This document shows, in pieces, positions 38,860-52,237 of a DNA stretch of 64,000 nt. Below the pieces are notes generated by a model that was not told where the DNA came from, did no database searches, and saw only the letters and a program-made list of their open reading frames with translations. The translations under genes and the position numbers were made by a program. Where the stretch lies: assembly GCA_964016885.1 (NCBI GenBank), contig OZ024753.1, positions 43,462,001 to 43,526,000 of the forward strand. Direction: 5' to 3'. Numbering within the stretch: position 1 is the stretch's first letter; the number at the start of each line of letters is the position of its first letter. The DNA is from Eledone cirrhosa (taxonomy: Eukaryota).

Positions 38860-39195
38860 GTGTGTGTATATCTATATATATATATGTATATATGTACGTA
38901 TGTACGTATGTATATATGTATGTATGTATTAAACTAAGATTTGATTGTTTTAATATTTTGTATATATATATATATGTAGTGGAATTACTTTGAAATATAA
39001 AGTCTTTGCTTTAGTTTTCTGTAAATTTGTACAACAATCTGTCCATCAGTAAAGATACTGTAAACATTTGAATTAACAAACTGCATTAGCGACACATTTT
39101 AAAATATAAAGTATTTACTTTAGTTTACTGTAAAATTTCTTGATAATCTGTCCACTAGTAAAGGTACTATAAACATTTTAATTAACAAACCCTGT
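37980..39195. repeat. Diverged AT-rich tandem array (AAATATAAAGTCTTTGCTTTAGTTT...ACAACAATCT...GTAAAGATACT...GAATTAACAAAC), about 4 units, interrupted by two insertions
   Basis: Unit motifs recur near 38075, 38630, 38995 and 39105. Confidence 0.7.
38144..38590 (-). mobile_element. RTE-clade LINE 3' fragment with an in-frame 81-bp triplication
   Basis: RMKNSELYGSLPKVSSRVAQWRLGLAGHAH..HPELTL..LWEPLHGH..RGRPRLTYVDALRTDTGL..MRDRDRWRELV; units at 38320, 38401, 38482; TATA on both flanks. Confidence 0.85.
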
Positions 39196-39960
39196 TTTTA
39201 GATATTCTTTTGCTAAATCAATACAGGTTGTTAAGAGACAATAATGCATTATAGGTCAATCGACTTTGTATTCTTCTTTACTGTGTTGTGTATTTTTTTC
39301 TGTTTCTGTTTACTGAAGAGAACCATTATTTAAAAGTAGTTGATTGTTTTCTGATAAAGTTCAGATCACTATATTCCCTATATTCCCAATAGCTGTAGCA
39401 CCATTAAGATTCAATATTGGCATTGCATATTATAGAAGACAAAGAGTCTACAATTTAATCCAAAGTACTGAAGCTTCTTAAATGTTTTGCCATTAAAAAC
39501 TTTATGTCAGAAGCATTAAAAACTTTCGGAATATATTATATTTGCTACAAAGATTTACTTATGTTTATTTTACCAATAATTCAATCAATATATAATTTGC
39601 AGACTTATTTTGTCTAATTTTATGTTCCAAAATTTATTAACTGCTTAATTTTATTTCGTAGACGTCACAGAACATTTGTTTTGCTTAGAGTAGAGGCACT
39701 AAATGTGTGTGTGTAATAAAATGTTATAGACTTGTGTGTGTGTTGGTACGTTCCAGTAATATGTCTATATACATATAAAAGTTTAGAAGGTGATTTATAA
39801 TTCGTTCATATTCTGGATGGTTGCCTTTTTTTGTGTATAATATGACTTGATTATATGACCTCCTGCTCCTAAAACTAAAAAAATAAAAGTAATTGGTGTA
39901 AACTACATCCTTGTGTATAATATCCTCCAGAACACAGACATGTTGATATATTTATTTATT

Positions 39961-40137
39961 GGTGGATTGGCAGTATTGGTAGAGGGTCAGATGCCATGCT
40001 TTGTTGCCCTTTATGGTCTGAGTTCAAATCCCGCCGAGGTAAACTTTGCCTTTCATCCTTACGAGGTCGATAAAATAAAGTACCAGTAATACACTGGGGT
40101 AATTGCTGGCCTTGTGCCAAAAGTAGAAACAATTATT
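39961..40137 (+). mobile_element. SINE family A
   Basis: A box, B box, core and tail present. Confidence 0.92.
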
Positions 40138-40476
40138 GTATATAAATAGGGAAACACACAGCAGGCTTTGTTTACAAATGGCTACTGAATTTGAAAATTA
40201 GGTAATAACATACATGTTCCACGTACATCAATACTCATCCTTTTTTTCCATTCAGAGGGTTTTTTAAAATCCCAACTAACAGACTAATTCTGTATAGTCA
40301 AATATGGCGTAAGCACATGTTACTACCTAATTTTATTTTTTTTTTTTTTTGTGAGCAAGCCATGGTCTCCAGACCTGACTTGTCTCATAATGTGACAACC
40401 CATCTAACCCAAGCATAGAAAAATAGATGTTAAATGATGATGATGATGTATCGTGTTACTTATTAAAATATTGATT

Positions 40477-40691
40477 TTAACCCTTTAGTATTTATATTAC
40501 ACTCCTATTATATTTCATGGTAAAGGCTTTATGTTATATAATTATCTCACATAATATGGAATCTATGAGATTTTGATGATGATATTATTTATTTTGAGAA
40601 ATACCTTAATGTCAGTATGAGTGGCCAGTTATGACTGGTTTAAACAGAATATTCAGGCCGGATATGGCTGGTTTAAATGCTAAAGGGTTAA
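40477..40691. mobile_element. piggyBac-type MITE family P1, complete copy
   Basis: TTAA-CCCTTTAG...CTAAAGGG-TTAA. Confidence 0.88.
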
Positions 40692-41629
40692 ACAATATTC
40701 AGTTCCTTGTGACATTACAGAAAGTAAAACAATGGAATGGTTAGCAACTATAGAACATAAGAATTAAAATACAGTTCCTTGGACCAGACTAATCTTGGCC
40801 TTTAACAACCCGTCCAGCCCATGCCAGTATTGAAAACAGATGTAAAACAATGCTGGCGATGATGATGACAGTTCTACAGAAGTTACTCATGGACATTATC
40901 ACATATTTGAGATAAATGCTGCTAAAGAGAAACTATGATATAAGTGGTAATATATCAGAAGTACAACTATTTTGACTTTTATTATTTCCCAGGGCATATA
41001 TTTATATATACACACACACGCATACATATATATATAAATATAAATACATACATATATATATGTATGTATGTATGTATATAGACCAGTCTTACCATTGCTT
41101 GTAGAGAAAATGGACATTAAATGTTGACAATATATATATGTGTGTGTATATATATATGTGTGTGTATATATATATATATATATGTGTGTGTATATATATA
41201 TATAGTAGATATATTTCATATTAATTACATGAGATGGCATTAAATATATGTAACTGCCTATTTACAATACTTATTTTACTTTTGTCATTGCTTGTCTCTT
41301 CTCCAATATATAAAATGTTGTTGCTGTTGTTGTTATTGCTGTTGTTGTTGTTGGTAATGATGATGATATCTAGAATGATGAGGTTGAATATATTTGTTGC
41401 TGCTGATGATGATGATGGAGGTGATATCTAGGATGATGCAAATGTTGAGTATGATTGTGATGGTGATGACTGAAACAGCTTTAAACAGTTATTACTACAA
41501 TAGAAATATTGTAGTAATAACTGTTTACAGTTATGTGTTGTTGTTGTTGTTGTTGTGCCTGTCATCATCTTGAGCAATAGTAGAGAAGGAATGGTTGCAT
41601 GGATATGACATTAAACAACCAACTAATGG

Positions 41630-41745
41630 CATGCTGCTTAGTGGGTAACATATTGGTTTCACAGTCATGAGGTTGTGAGTTTGATTCCCAGTCTGAGCGA
41701 TGTGTTGTGTCCTTGAGCAAGATACTTTATTTCATGTTGTTCCAG
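41630..41745 (+). mobile_element. SINE family B, 3'-truncated
   Basis: CTTAGTGG, GAGTTTGATTCC, TGTGTCCTTGAGCAAGATACTTTATTTCATGTTGTTCCAG. Confidence 0.75.
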
Positions 41746-41786
41746 GAGTCTGAAGACTTGTCTTTTTCTATTGTATTATCACTATT

Positions 41787-41975
41787 GCGGTGGATTGGCA
41801 GTATCAGTAGAGGGTCGGATGCCATGCTTTCCAGCATAGTTACGTCCCTTTACGATCTGAGTTCAAATCCCGCCGAGGTTGACTTTACCTTTCATCCTTA
41901 CGGGGTCGATAAAAATAAAGTACCAGTAATGCACTGGGTAATTGCTGGCCTTGTGCCTAAAGTAGAAACAATTAT
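41787..41975 (+). mobile_element. SINE family A, near-consensus
   Basis: GCGGTGGATTGGCAGTATCAGT...GAGTTCAAATCCCGCC...AGTAGAAACAATT. Confidence 0.93.
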
Positions 41976-42479
41976 CACTATTGAAAGCTCTAGTAACAGA
42001 ACAAAATGATTAGTTGCTGAGGTTGCTGTTTATTTCTCCACACCAGGATGAGATGGAGCTGTCCTTTCTCTCTCATAGGCCTTTAGGTTCAATTCCACTA
42101 GAGGTAGGGCCAATCTTAACCTTTAGGCCGGCTAGACAGCCACCTAGAGAGAAGACTTCAGAGAGCACCCTGTTAAACCTTAAAGCACTAACCTCAACTG
42201 CCATCTCAAATACTTAGGCGCACTTTGTAAAGTTAGCCTAGGGTGTTAAATACTGAAGCACATATTGAACTATCCAAGGGGGCTAAATACACAGATACTG
42301 GCGCTGTGTATATATAGCAGTAATAGTGACAGCATATGAACAGCAAAGTTGACCTTGGCAAGAATTGAACTAAGATCACAGAGAACCAGAATAAATACAA
42401 AGACGTTTAATCCAACTCCCCAACAATTTTTCCAATTAATGCCTTCAGGTACCACAGGTAAACATTATCTAACAGAAAT

Positions 42480-43060
42480 GTTTCCCAGAAGACATGCATG
42501 AAAGATTTGAAACTGAAACATTCATTGTCTTTAGTTTAATAAGTGATACCTCACTGGAAATAAATCTTAAGGTACCAATCAAGCATCTTCTATCTATAGA
42601 AGGCTTTGTATTAAAGTTGGTTGACGGAGGTAATAAGCCTTGCCTTAACGAGTCTTTTATAAGCAATTTGAGCCTATGGTACTTTCACCATTTGGCACGA
42701 CAACTGTTTGAACTATACTTAAAATACAATTTAAATTTTGACTGAAAGCAGAAAAACTACTATTCTTTGTTTGGCCTATAAATTGCATGGAAAGCCAATT
42801 CGTTAAAATTGATAGGTTTGCATTTTTTATGATGTAATGTCTCATTAGAAAATCCCAAACATCTTCACTTCCATATGCTTTCAATTAATTGCGTTCATAA
42901 ATCCTTTTAGTATCTTCCTTCCTGAATCCTTTTAATTCTGTTGTGTTGTTTCTTGCTTGTGTTGTAAGAATAGTGAGATTTGTGTTTTTATGAATAACAG
43001 TCGAGCCTACCATTATCACAAGCTTTCTCTCTTTATTGCCTACTAAAAATCAGATTGGCA
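42480..43060 (-). pseudogene. Decayed non-LTR (RTE-like) reverse transcriptase fragment
   Basis: Motifs in correct order on the minus strand despite frameshifts: ACDN.R, KGFRK, KAYGS...WDFL..HY (cf. KAYDSV...LW), TVV.PNGES, SLRQGLLPPSTNFN (cf. GVRQGCILSPTLFN). Confidence 0.55.
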
Positions 43061-43939
43061 AATTTTATGTTCAATGGCATGAAAGTGTCAAGCAGCCTCT
43101 TAAGTAAACTCCTGTCGGTTGGCAGAAAATTTCTTGCCAATAACTGAAACACAGCCAAACTAAAGAATTAATGATTAAAATTTTGTCTTTAACACTGGAA
43201 CATCATTTTGAAGAATTAGGTCAGTTTTCTACAGACATCAAAGCTACACAGTCACTCACAGAACAAAAAAAGCAGCTGCTACTCATTGCCTTTCTGTTCA
43301 CCTCTAAAGATCAAATATAATCCAATAGAATGAAAGGGTTAATTCACAGAGAAATGTACTTAGATTAGTGAAACTATCGATTCAATTAAAAGAGATAAAC
43401 CAATGAGCGTATCGGTTTATACAAACTTTGGAGTGTAATAAACATCTAAGTAAAATGAAAAACATTGCTGAATTATTATGAGTCTGAAGGTTTGTGTTAA
43501 TCTATTTGATGTCATATATTTGAAATAGAAAATAAAAAGAGAAGGAAGATGATAAAAATAGAAGAAAAAAAAAGATGGAAAAGTTATTGCCCAGATGATT
43601 TTACATCTAGATTAGTACATATAGTGAAACATTCTACATCTATATCATCATCATTCTTCCACGTATGCATGGGTTGGACAGGTCTTCTTCAGTACAGCTT
43701 CACTTCCACCCATCTTGAGTTTATTCATCATATGAGGTCTATCAGTTTGCGATCAGCTCCCAACACTTAAGTGCAGGTTTTACTCAGTCTTGGAATGCGG
43801 GTGTAAAAGGATGATGTTGCTGAAGTTTCCTCAAATTCTTTATTTATCAAAAAGCAATAGTCTTGAATTATTAAAACGTTGGACAGAAGGATTTGTGTTA
43901 TCTAGTCTAGCTCTGTGTATTCTCAATTGATATTTCATT

Positions 43940-44340
43940 TACTTCTGCCAGGATTTGAAACCAGTAAAGAGTATCAGCAATTGAAAGACCAATGGAAAGA
44001 TGGTTTCCTTGGTCTGATCTGATGATTGACTACTTTCTTCTGCCAGGAGTTGTGACTGAGCGATAGAACCAGCAATGGAAAAACCAGTGGAAGGATTGTT
44101 TCTTTGGTATAATCTGATGATCAAATCCATTCTTTCCTTTTGTTATTTTGCCAGGAGTTGCGACTGGCAGATATTACCATCAATTGATACACCACTGGAA
44201 ACTCAGTTGCCTTGGTTTAGTTTAATTCTTATCTCCTTTCCTTCCTTCTGTCAGGAGTAACATGCAACAGATATTATCAGCAATGGAAAGACAAATGGAA
44301 ATATTACTTCCATCGTTCTGTTTGATGATTGGTTCCTTTT
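43940..44340. repeat. Old tandem repeat, about 95-110-bp unit, 4 copies
   Basis: CTTCTGCCAGGAGT...CAGCAATGGAAAGACCAATGGAA...TCTGATGAT near 43942, 44036, 44146 and 44245. Confidence 0.75.
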
Positions 44341-45084
44341 TCCAGATAAATAGATAACCCTTATATCTCAACCAGTCAAGCAAACCTTCATTGGTTTATA
44401 TTTTGACATCACATCCATATTGATCTCATTGTTGTCTTATCCTTACATAGTTAACAAGTATCATCAATACACATTATGTGTTCTCATCCAAGCTATGATT
44501 GATTGTTTTTGCTGTCAGTCTTTAAGGTCAAGGAATTATCAGAAACTATGTGCTAATTAATCAAATGAGGACAGAACCATGTTGAATTATTTATGATTCT
44601 AACCAAGGAAAGTACAAGATATTGAGGGGGTGGTAAGAATTACATAGCATATAATATGATGCATTTCCATATGAATTCAGTGGACATATTGAGAGCTACA
44701 ATGGTAATGAATATTGGCAGCTTCAAATATCATTCACAGCAGCAGCAGATATTGTGGCTTTATATGCAAAATTATGATTTGACTAGTACAATATTAATGG
44801 TATTAGAAGCATGTGGCAGAGATAGATGAGAAGGATGTGACCAATGAAGTAGAAACCTACAGAGATAGTGATAAGATATAGTGAGATAATATTTCAAATT
44901 TATATGAGAAGTGCCAATATTTAAAGGATCAATTGAAAAACAACTGCCCCATGCTCCCATGTATAATATGAGAAATTTCGAACTAAAATTAAGGGTAAAA
45001 AAGAGGGCTCATATTATACACGAGTACACATTCTCTAGAAATGTTTACTGAGTTTCAAAATACTCAAGGAAGGAAGCCACAGTA

Positions 45085-45265
45085 GAGGAAGGAGTAGACG
45101 AAGGAAGACCTAAGTAGATGTGGTGAGAGGTGATCTCAAATTGCTGAGACTACAGAAGAGATGATGAAGGAAAGCCGTGAGTAGAGAGATGCTGTACTGA
45201 AAAGGACCATTCCAACCCATGCAAACATGGAAAAAATGGATTTAAAAACAATGATAATGATGATA
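45085..45265 (+). mobile_element. Degenerate RTE LINE 3' end
   Basis: AGACGAAGGAAGACCTAAG..GTGGTGAGAGGTGATCTC..AGAGATGCTGT..CCAACCCATGCAAACATGGAAAA..(ATG)n. Confidence 0.7.
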
Positions 45266-45649
45266 TCAAATGTCAAGTTTAGAAATATGTGTTAAGAAAT
45301 TGTTCCAAAATGCTAAACATCCATTGTTTTAAATTTTTTACCATCATGTGAAACTGAATATTGTAGTGAAATAGTTGAGTGTGACAGGAATTTTAAGGAA
45401 TAGAAGGACCCATATCACTTGAGAGAGTCATAGGGACATCATATTGATATATGGCATTTCTAGGGCATTTTAAAACCTGACAGAGCCAATTTCCTCTCCA
45501 GGCCTGAATACAACAGATTTCCTTTATAGAAAGATGGAAGTGAGAAAGAGATATAGACGAATAATCAATCCCAGTACTTGACTGGTACTTTAATTTCCTC
45601 TAAAGCTAAAATATTTTACACACAGAAAGCAACCCTGAGATTTGCTAAA

Positions 45650-45848
45650 TAATTGTTTCTACTTTAGGCACAAGGCCAGCAAATACCCAATACATTACTG
45701 GTACTTTATTTTATCGACCCCCGTAAGGATGAAAGGCAAAGATAACCTCGGCGGGATTTGAACTCAGAATGGAAAGGGCCGTAACTCTATGCTGCAAAGC
45801 ATGGCGTCAGACCCTCTAACGATTCCGCCAAGTTACTGCCAATCCACA
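45650..45848 (-). mobile_element. SINE family A
   Basis: Full set of motifs. Confidence 0.9.
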
Positions 45849-46120
45849 AATAATGCAAGCAAGACATTATTTGGAAGATTAAAAATTAAAAAAAAAAAAC
45901 GATTTTGAAAAAATAAATAAAGAGAAATTATTTCAAATTAGTTTTAAAAGTATTTTTTAAAAAGTTTATCAATGTTTTTCAAGTTGTATTGCAAACTTTG
46001 CAGTTAAATATTAATTCAGAGAATTAGTTTCAATAATATTGACTGTCTGTTACATTATTTATTAAACTTAGTGGTAGGATGGACAGAAAATGGTATCGTG
46101 TCACACAATTTCACTATTTC

Positions 46121-46455
46121 TGCTTGCTACTACATTACTAGCACTGGTATAATAATAATTGTTTCTACGTTAGGCACAAGGCCAGCAATTACTCAGTGTA
46201 TTACTGGTACTTTTGCTGGCCTTGTGCCTAACATAGAAACAATTATTATTATACCAGTGCTAGTAATGTAGTAGCAAGCACTGGTATAATAATAATAATA
46301 CTTGTTTCTACTTTTGGCACAAGGCCAGCAGTTTCTCAGTGTATTACTGGTACTTTATTTTATCAACACTGTAAGGATGAAAGGCAAAGTTAACCTCGAC
46401 GGGATTTGAACTCAGATTGCAAAGGGCCATAACTCTATGCTGCAAAGCATGTTGA
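46121..46455 (-). mobile_element. SINE family A with fold-back triplication of its 3' end
   Basis: Inverted repeat 46121-46280, then a forward SINE tail and body 46277-46455. Confidence 0.85.
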
Positions 46456-47705
46456 CCATGGTAATGGTGGTTGTGGTAATGTCGGTAGTGTTGGTGCTGG
46501 TTGTGATGGTGGTAGTGATGATAGTGGTGGTGGTGGTAGTGATGATAGCCGTGGTGGTGTTAGTGATGGTGGTGTTAGTGGTGGTGGTGCCTTTATTCAC
46601 CCCTTCTCAAGAAAGGCCTATAAAAATAAAACCCCAGATCTCAAAACCTGGACCTTCTATTTTATTTTCATCCTTGATCATATTTCTATTCCTCCTCATA
46701 CTTTGGTTCCCCCAGTCTTTACATTCTCGTCTGTTTCACCATCTTCCAACGTTTTATACTTTTCTCATTTCCTATTATTTTCTTCCATATGTATTCTGAT
46801 TCTTGTCTCATATAAATACATAACTTCCCGAAATAACTGACACAGAAAAGCAAGAAGCATGAAAAGTTCAAAACCCACTAATTTTACTTATGAAATTAAG
46901 ATGTCTTGTAAGATGCTTTCGGTTAAAAGCAAGGAGAACTGCATTGCATTAAATAATTTCATTAACCATTATATTGACCTAGCAGAATGTCATTTGAATT
47001 ATTTCAACATGAAGAACATAGAAAACTATGCGAGAGAGAGTAAAAGGAGGGGCGGGGGGAAGGCAAAGAAGCAAATGGATAAAAAATATAAAAATGAACG
47101 GAAATAAAAAGAAAATGGTATAAAAGAGTTTAGCATTGTAAATGTAGAAAGATTTTGCACCCTTCATTTCAGTTATAGAATTCCAGCAAAGGAATATTGC
47201 AATTTGTTTGCAATATAAACATGAATTCTTTGCAATAATTTCATTTGCTATTATGTATGTTGACATACAAGAATGTCAATTAGTTGTCAATGATAAAAAT
47301 AGTTAGGAATAATGATAATAACAATAATAACAAGAACAAAAGCAAACAAAAGCAATAATAAAAAACATATCAAATGCATTCATTCATTGAAGTAAACGGC
47401 AACTGTCTTTTAATGTCGAAATTATTAGCTACCTTGATTTATCATTATTATTATCATTATTATTATTATCATTATCATTATTATCATTATCATTATTATC
47501 ATTGTTGTTATTATCATTGTTATTATTATTGTTATTATTATTGTTGTTATTGTTGTGCTCCTTTTTATTTATTTCTTCATTATGTTTGAGAACATAGATA
47601 CATGATATAAGAATTTTAATATATATATATTTATATCATCATCGTTTACACACATACACACATACATATACATATGTATATATATATATATACATACACA
47701 CATAC

Positions 47706-47752
<47 letters not shown>

Positions 47753-47761
47753 CACACATAC

Positions 47762-47800
<39 letters not shown>

Positions 47801-47802
<2 letters not shown>

Positions 47803-47871
47803 TAAGACCCGTCCCACCCTTGCAAGCAGGGAAAAGCGGACGTAAAATGATGATGATGATGATGATGATGA
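47801..47871 (+). mobile_element. Short RTE 3' tail inside (TA)n
   Basis: AATAAGACCCGTCCCACCCTTGCAAGCAGGGAAAAGCGGACGTAAA(ATG)n, matching the end of the 18020-18198 element. Confidence 0.85.
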
Positions 47872-47960
47872 TATATACATACACACATACATATGTATAT
47901 ATATATATATATACACATAGACATATACATATGTATATATATGTATATATACACACATAC

Positions 47961-48008
<48 letters not shown>

Positions 48009-48259
48009 GTATATGTGTGTATGTATGTCAAGAGTAGCAATTGGTATGGTGCCATTGATGGACAACTGTCACATTATATGGAGATCAAGTTGTATTCTAC
48101 ATCTACCATATAACATGCCAGCTGCTTTAGTTTTCCTTTCTTTCTTCAATTGTTATATATTTAATGGATATACATGTTACTGTTAATATGTCACACACAG
48201 AGTAGTTCAGGCTAAAAAGACATCTTCCTGAATATGCATTTTATTTCTGTAGTAATAAA

Positions 48260-48928
48260 GTGTGGAGGACTGTCCTGTTGTGTGAAAGACATGGTAATGT
48301 CTCTAGTGCCGGTGCAATGATACATCTAACCCAGTACGGGGAGATGTGTGGCCACCTAGTGGTAATGGTGGTGGACTTACAATCATAATGTTGTAGGTTT
48401 GATTGCTAGACTGGGTTGCGTGTTGTGTTCTTGAGCAAAACACTTCATTTCACATTGCTCTTGTGGTAAGGTTGCTGGACTTAAATCATAATGTTGTAGG
48501 TTTGATTGCTGAACTAGGTTGTGTTCTTGAACAAAACACTTCATTTCATGTTGCTCCAGTATACTTAGCTGGAAATGAGCTCCAGCAGCATTAGCTGGGG
48601 TTTTAATCCTGTGATGGACTGGTGTCCTATCCAGGGGGGGGGGGGGCAGTCTTGTATTCTCACTCACTTCACACCACAGAAACTGGGATAAACTGGCTCA
48701 AGACAGACTTCAGAGACTTTAGTACATACTGTGGAATGGTTAGCATTTGAAAGGAAGGGTATCCAACTGTAGAAAGGAATACACTGTGTAAAGTGCTAAA
48801 ACTGTTTAGATGCAGGCCTCCTGACTGATCAGTAGATCTGTTTGAATACTAACTTGATCTGTGACAAGTAGTACACCCAATGCCAGTATTGAAAAACAGA
48901 TATTAAATGATGACGACGATGATGATGA
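48260..48928 (+). mobile_element. Bipartite RTE-derived SINE hosting a nested SINE B
   Basis: CTAGTGCCGGTGC..ACCCAGTAC | insertion | AGTACATACTGTGGAATGGTTAGC..AGGAAGGGTATCCAACTGTAGAAA..CCCAATGCCAGTATTGAAAAACAGATATTAAA(TGA)n. Confidence 0.6.
48338..48720 (+). mobile_element. SINE family B with duplicated 5' part, flanked by AGTAC direct repeat
   Basis: Head plus CORE twice (about 48345-48460 and 48462-48560), CCTGTGATGGACTGGTGTCCTATCCAGGG, GACTT tail; AGTAC at 48333 and 48721. Confidence 0.8.
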
Positions 48929-50065
48929 ATCTGTGTGAGAGTTAAAAATCTATTTGTTCTGACCTGTAATTGAAGTATCTGTGACAGTATATCACCATGT
49001 TTGCTGATTCACATTGATAAAATTGCTTTAGAAGTCAAATCGATCCGTTTCTTAAACTAAAAATAAAATTTAAAAAACAAAAAAGCAAAGCAAAATCCAA
49101 TTTCAATTCTGAAAATAAACTAGAATGAGGGAGACTGTTTCAAGTCTGGTTTATTAAGCTAAAGGGAAAATGTCAATAAAAATAGCAGAAATATATTTTC
49201 TGTAGACTCAATCATATTTAGCTTAGCTTAATCTTTACTACACTTGTTTAACCTTCAGTATTTAAATGCCTCTACACTGGAAGTTAGATCTGCTGTAGTC
49301 TGCTATAAAAATTATATCTCAGTTTCAATGATCTTGCATATTACTTTTTCTCTATAATTTTATCAATATTTTAGTGCTGTCGGGTGATACATACTAAAAT
49401 CAATTGAACACAAGATAATGTTGTGTGATATTTGATCTTCTGCACCTGCTTTAATGACTTTATCAGGGAAGGATCTGAATTTGAACTCTCTGTTTAGCAC
49501 ATAAATTTGCACCACCCACAGAGACCTCTATTTCAGTTTAAGCTTCAAGAATTAAATTCTTCCCCTCAATGGGATCCAGTCTATAACACATTCTGACAGC
49601 TGGCACCTTGTGAGTATCTTTGCTCCCAATTGTGCTGTTATTTCTGACACCACACCTGAATAGTGGAGTTTTCATCCTTCCTCAAGACCTACAGTAGCAG
49701 GGCCATGGAACTTTGTTGAGGAAACCCTGCCTATATCTGGTGTCTTCTACTCTTTCCTGCTCCTCACTAGTCACAACTCCTGTCTCAAGGAGCAAAATGA
49801 TACAAAATATTGTGCTCAAGAACATAGTGTAACACACCCAACCATTAAGCCACATACCTCCACATACTAACAAGAAATCAACAACTACTATCACACCAAC
49901 AACAACTGTAAAGAAACACAAGACAATAACACAATAGCAACAATTATTTCTTGGAATGGAAGCCAATAAATTATCATTAATAATAATAATAATAATAATA
50001 ATATAACAAAAACAACAATGGTAATAATAGTAATACAACAACAATAACAACAATAATAATAATAA

Positions 50066-50392
50066 TAATAATTGTTTCTACTTTAGGCACAAGGCCAGCA
50101 AATTACCCAGTGTATTACTGGTATTTTATTTTATCGACCCCGTAAGGATGAAAGGCAAAGTCAACCTCGGCGGGATTTGAACTCAGTCCGTAAAGGGACG
50201 TAACTATGATGCAAAGCATGTTGTCCGACCCTCAACCGATACTGCCAATCCACCACCCCAGCATGGCGTCCGACCCTCTACCGATACTGCCAATCGACCA
50301 CCCTAGCATGGCGTCCGACCCTCTACCTATACTGCCAATCCACCACCCTAGCATGACGTCCGACCCTCTACCGATACTGCCAATCCACCGCC
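50066..50392 (-). mobile_element. SINE family A with four tandem 45-bp heads
   Basis: Same unit length and junction as the 18698 copy; flanked by (AAT)n. Confidence 0.92.
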
Positions 50393-50629
50393 GTTATAAT
50401 AATAATAATAATAATAATTGATATGAATCTAAAAGGAGAAAATATCTAGCGGAAATTTGTAAGATTGGTGAGTGTTGATAGGGGTTAGCAGTGGAACTGG
50501 AGGTTAGAGGGGGGTGTGGTGTGCTTGATAAAACAATTGTTGTTTTGTGATATTTCTTGGTTATTTTTTTAGAACAACACTTGTAAATAACGTTATTTAG
50601 TAAGATTCTATGATAAGAATCGCAGATCA

Positions 50630-51861
50630 CGTGGGTGTGGGTGTACATGTGTGTGTGTGTGTGGGTGTGTACGTGTGTGTGTGTGTGTGTGTGTGTGCAT
50701 GTGTGTGTGTGTGTACCTGTGTGTGTGTACGTGTGTGTGTGTACATGTGTGTGTACCTGTGTGTGTGTGTGTACATGTCTCTGTGTGTATACCTGTGTGT
50801 GTACATGTGTGTGTGTGTACCTGTGAGTGTACGTGTGTGTGTGTGTGTGTACATGTGTGTGTGTGTGTCAGTGTTTGTATGTGTCTGTGTGTGTACATGT
50901 CTGTGTGTTCATGTGTGTGTGTGCGTGTCTTAGTGTGTTCATGTGCGTGTCTCAGTGTGTTCATGTGTGTGTATGTGTGTGTGCGTGTCTGTGTTCATGT
51001 GTGTGTGTGTACGTGTCTCAGTGTGCTTGTTCATGTGTGTGTGTGTATGTGTGTCAGTATATGTACATGTCAGTGTGTGTATGTGTGTACATGTGTCAAT
51101 GTGTGTGTGCATATGTACATGTCAGTGTGTGTGTGTGTGTATGCGTCAGTGTATGTGTCTCAGTATGTGTGTGTGTGTGTTTACATGTGTCTGTATGTAT
51201 ATATACATGTGTGTGTCATGTTGAATGAGTGTGTTTGTAGAGAGTTGGGTGTGTGCGATTGAGTGTCTATGTGAGTGTGTGGGTTTTTTTGTGTGTGTGT
51301 TTTGTCTGATTGTTTAAATGTGTGTGTATATGTGTGTGTATATGTGTGTTTTGTGTGTGAGTATGTGTGTATGATTGTGTGTATCTTTGTGTACATGCAT
51401 GTCTGTGAGTGTGTATGTGTGTGTGTATGAGTATGTGTGAGTGTGTATGAGTGTGTATGAGGATGTATGAGTGTGTATGAGTGTGTGTGTGTGAGTGTAT
51501 ATGAGTGTGTGTGTGTGTGTGAGTGTGTATGAGTATGTGTGTATGAGTATGTGTGTATGAGTATGTGTGTGTGTGTGTGTATGAGTGTGTGTGTGAGTAT
51601 GTGTGTGTGTGTGTATGAATATGTGAGTGTTTGTGTTTGTAAAAATTAAAAAAGGATGTTTTATAGTAGTTTTATATATTTTTATGTCGGAGATGGGGGG
51701 GGGGGGCATTTTATTTTGTCTTACATATTTGTATGTACACATGTATGTATGTATATAAACGATGATGATGATGATATATATGTGTATGTATATATATATA
51801 TATAAATGATGATAATATATATATATATGTGTATGTATATATATATATATAAATGATGATA

Positions 51862-51894
<33 letters not shown>

Positions 51895-52159
51895 TATATG
51901 TATGATGATAATATATATGTGTATATATGTATATATGTGTGTGTATATATATATATGTGTGTATATATGTATATATATATGTGTATATATGTATATACAG
52001 TATATATATATATGTAAGTATATATGTGTATGTGTTTATAAACCCATGCAAGCGTGGAAGATGGACGTTAAACGATGATGATATATATATATATATATAT
52101 GTGTATATATATATATATCTATATATATATATATGTGTATATATATATCTATATATATA

Positions 52160-52237
<78 letters not shown>

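Noticed and set aside
39305-39365. CTGAAGA core; also CTGATGA near 44018, 44114 and 56034
   Set aside because: No correctly placed GAAA/UH or closing stems
41483-41527. Short hairpin AAACAGTTATTACTACAATA-GAAA-TATTGTAGTAATAACTGTTT
   Set aside because: Real 20-bp inverted repeat but too short for a pre-miRNA; probably a local template-switch product
41787-41875. tRNA genes at A/B-box sites
   Set aside because: All run into SINE core and tail sequence; no acceptor stem or poly-T terminator
42657-42884. Copia gag-like motif MKAYGSEDVWDF
   Set aside because: Neighbouring motifs (GFRK, LRQG..P..FN) fit a non-LTR RT better; no LTRs seen
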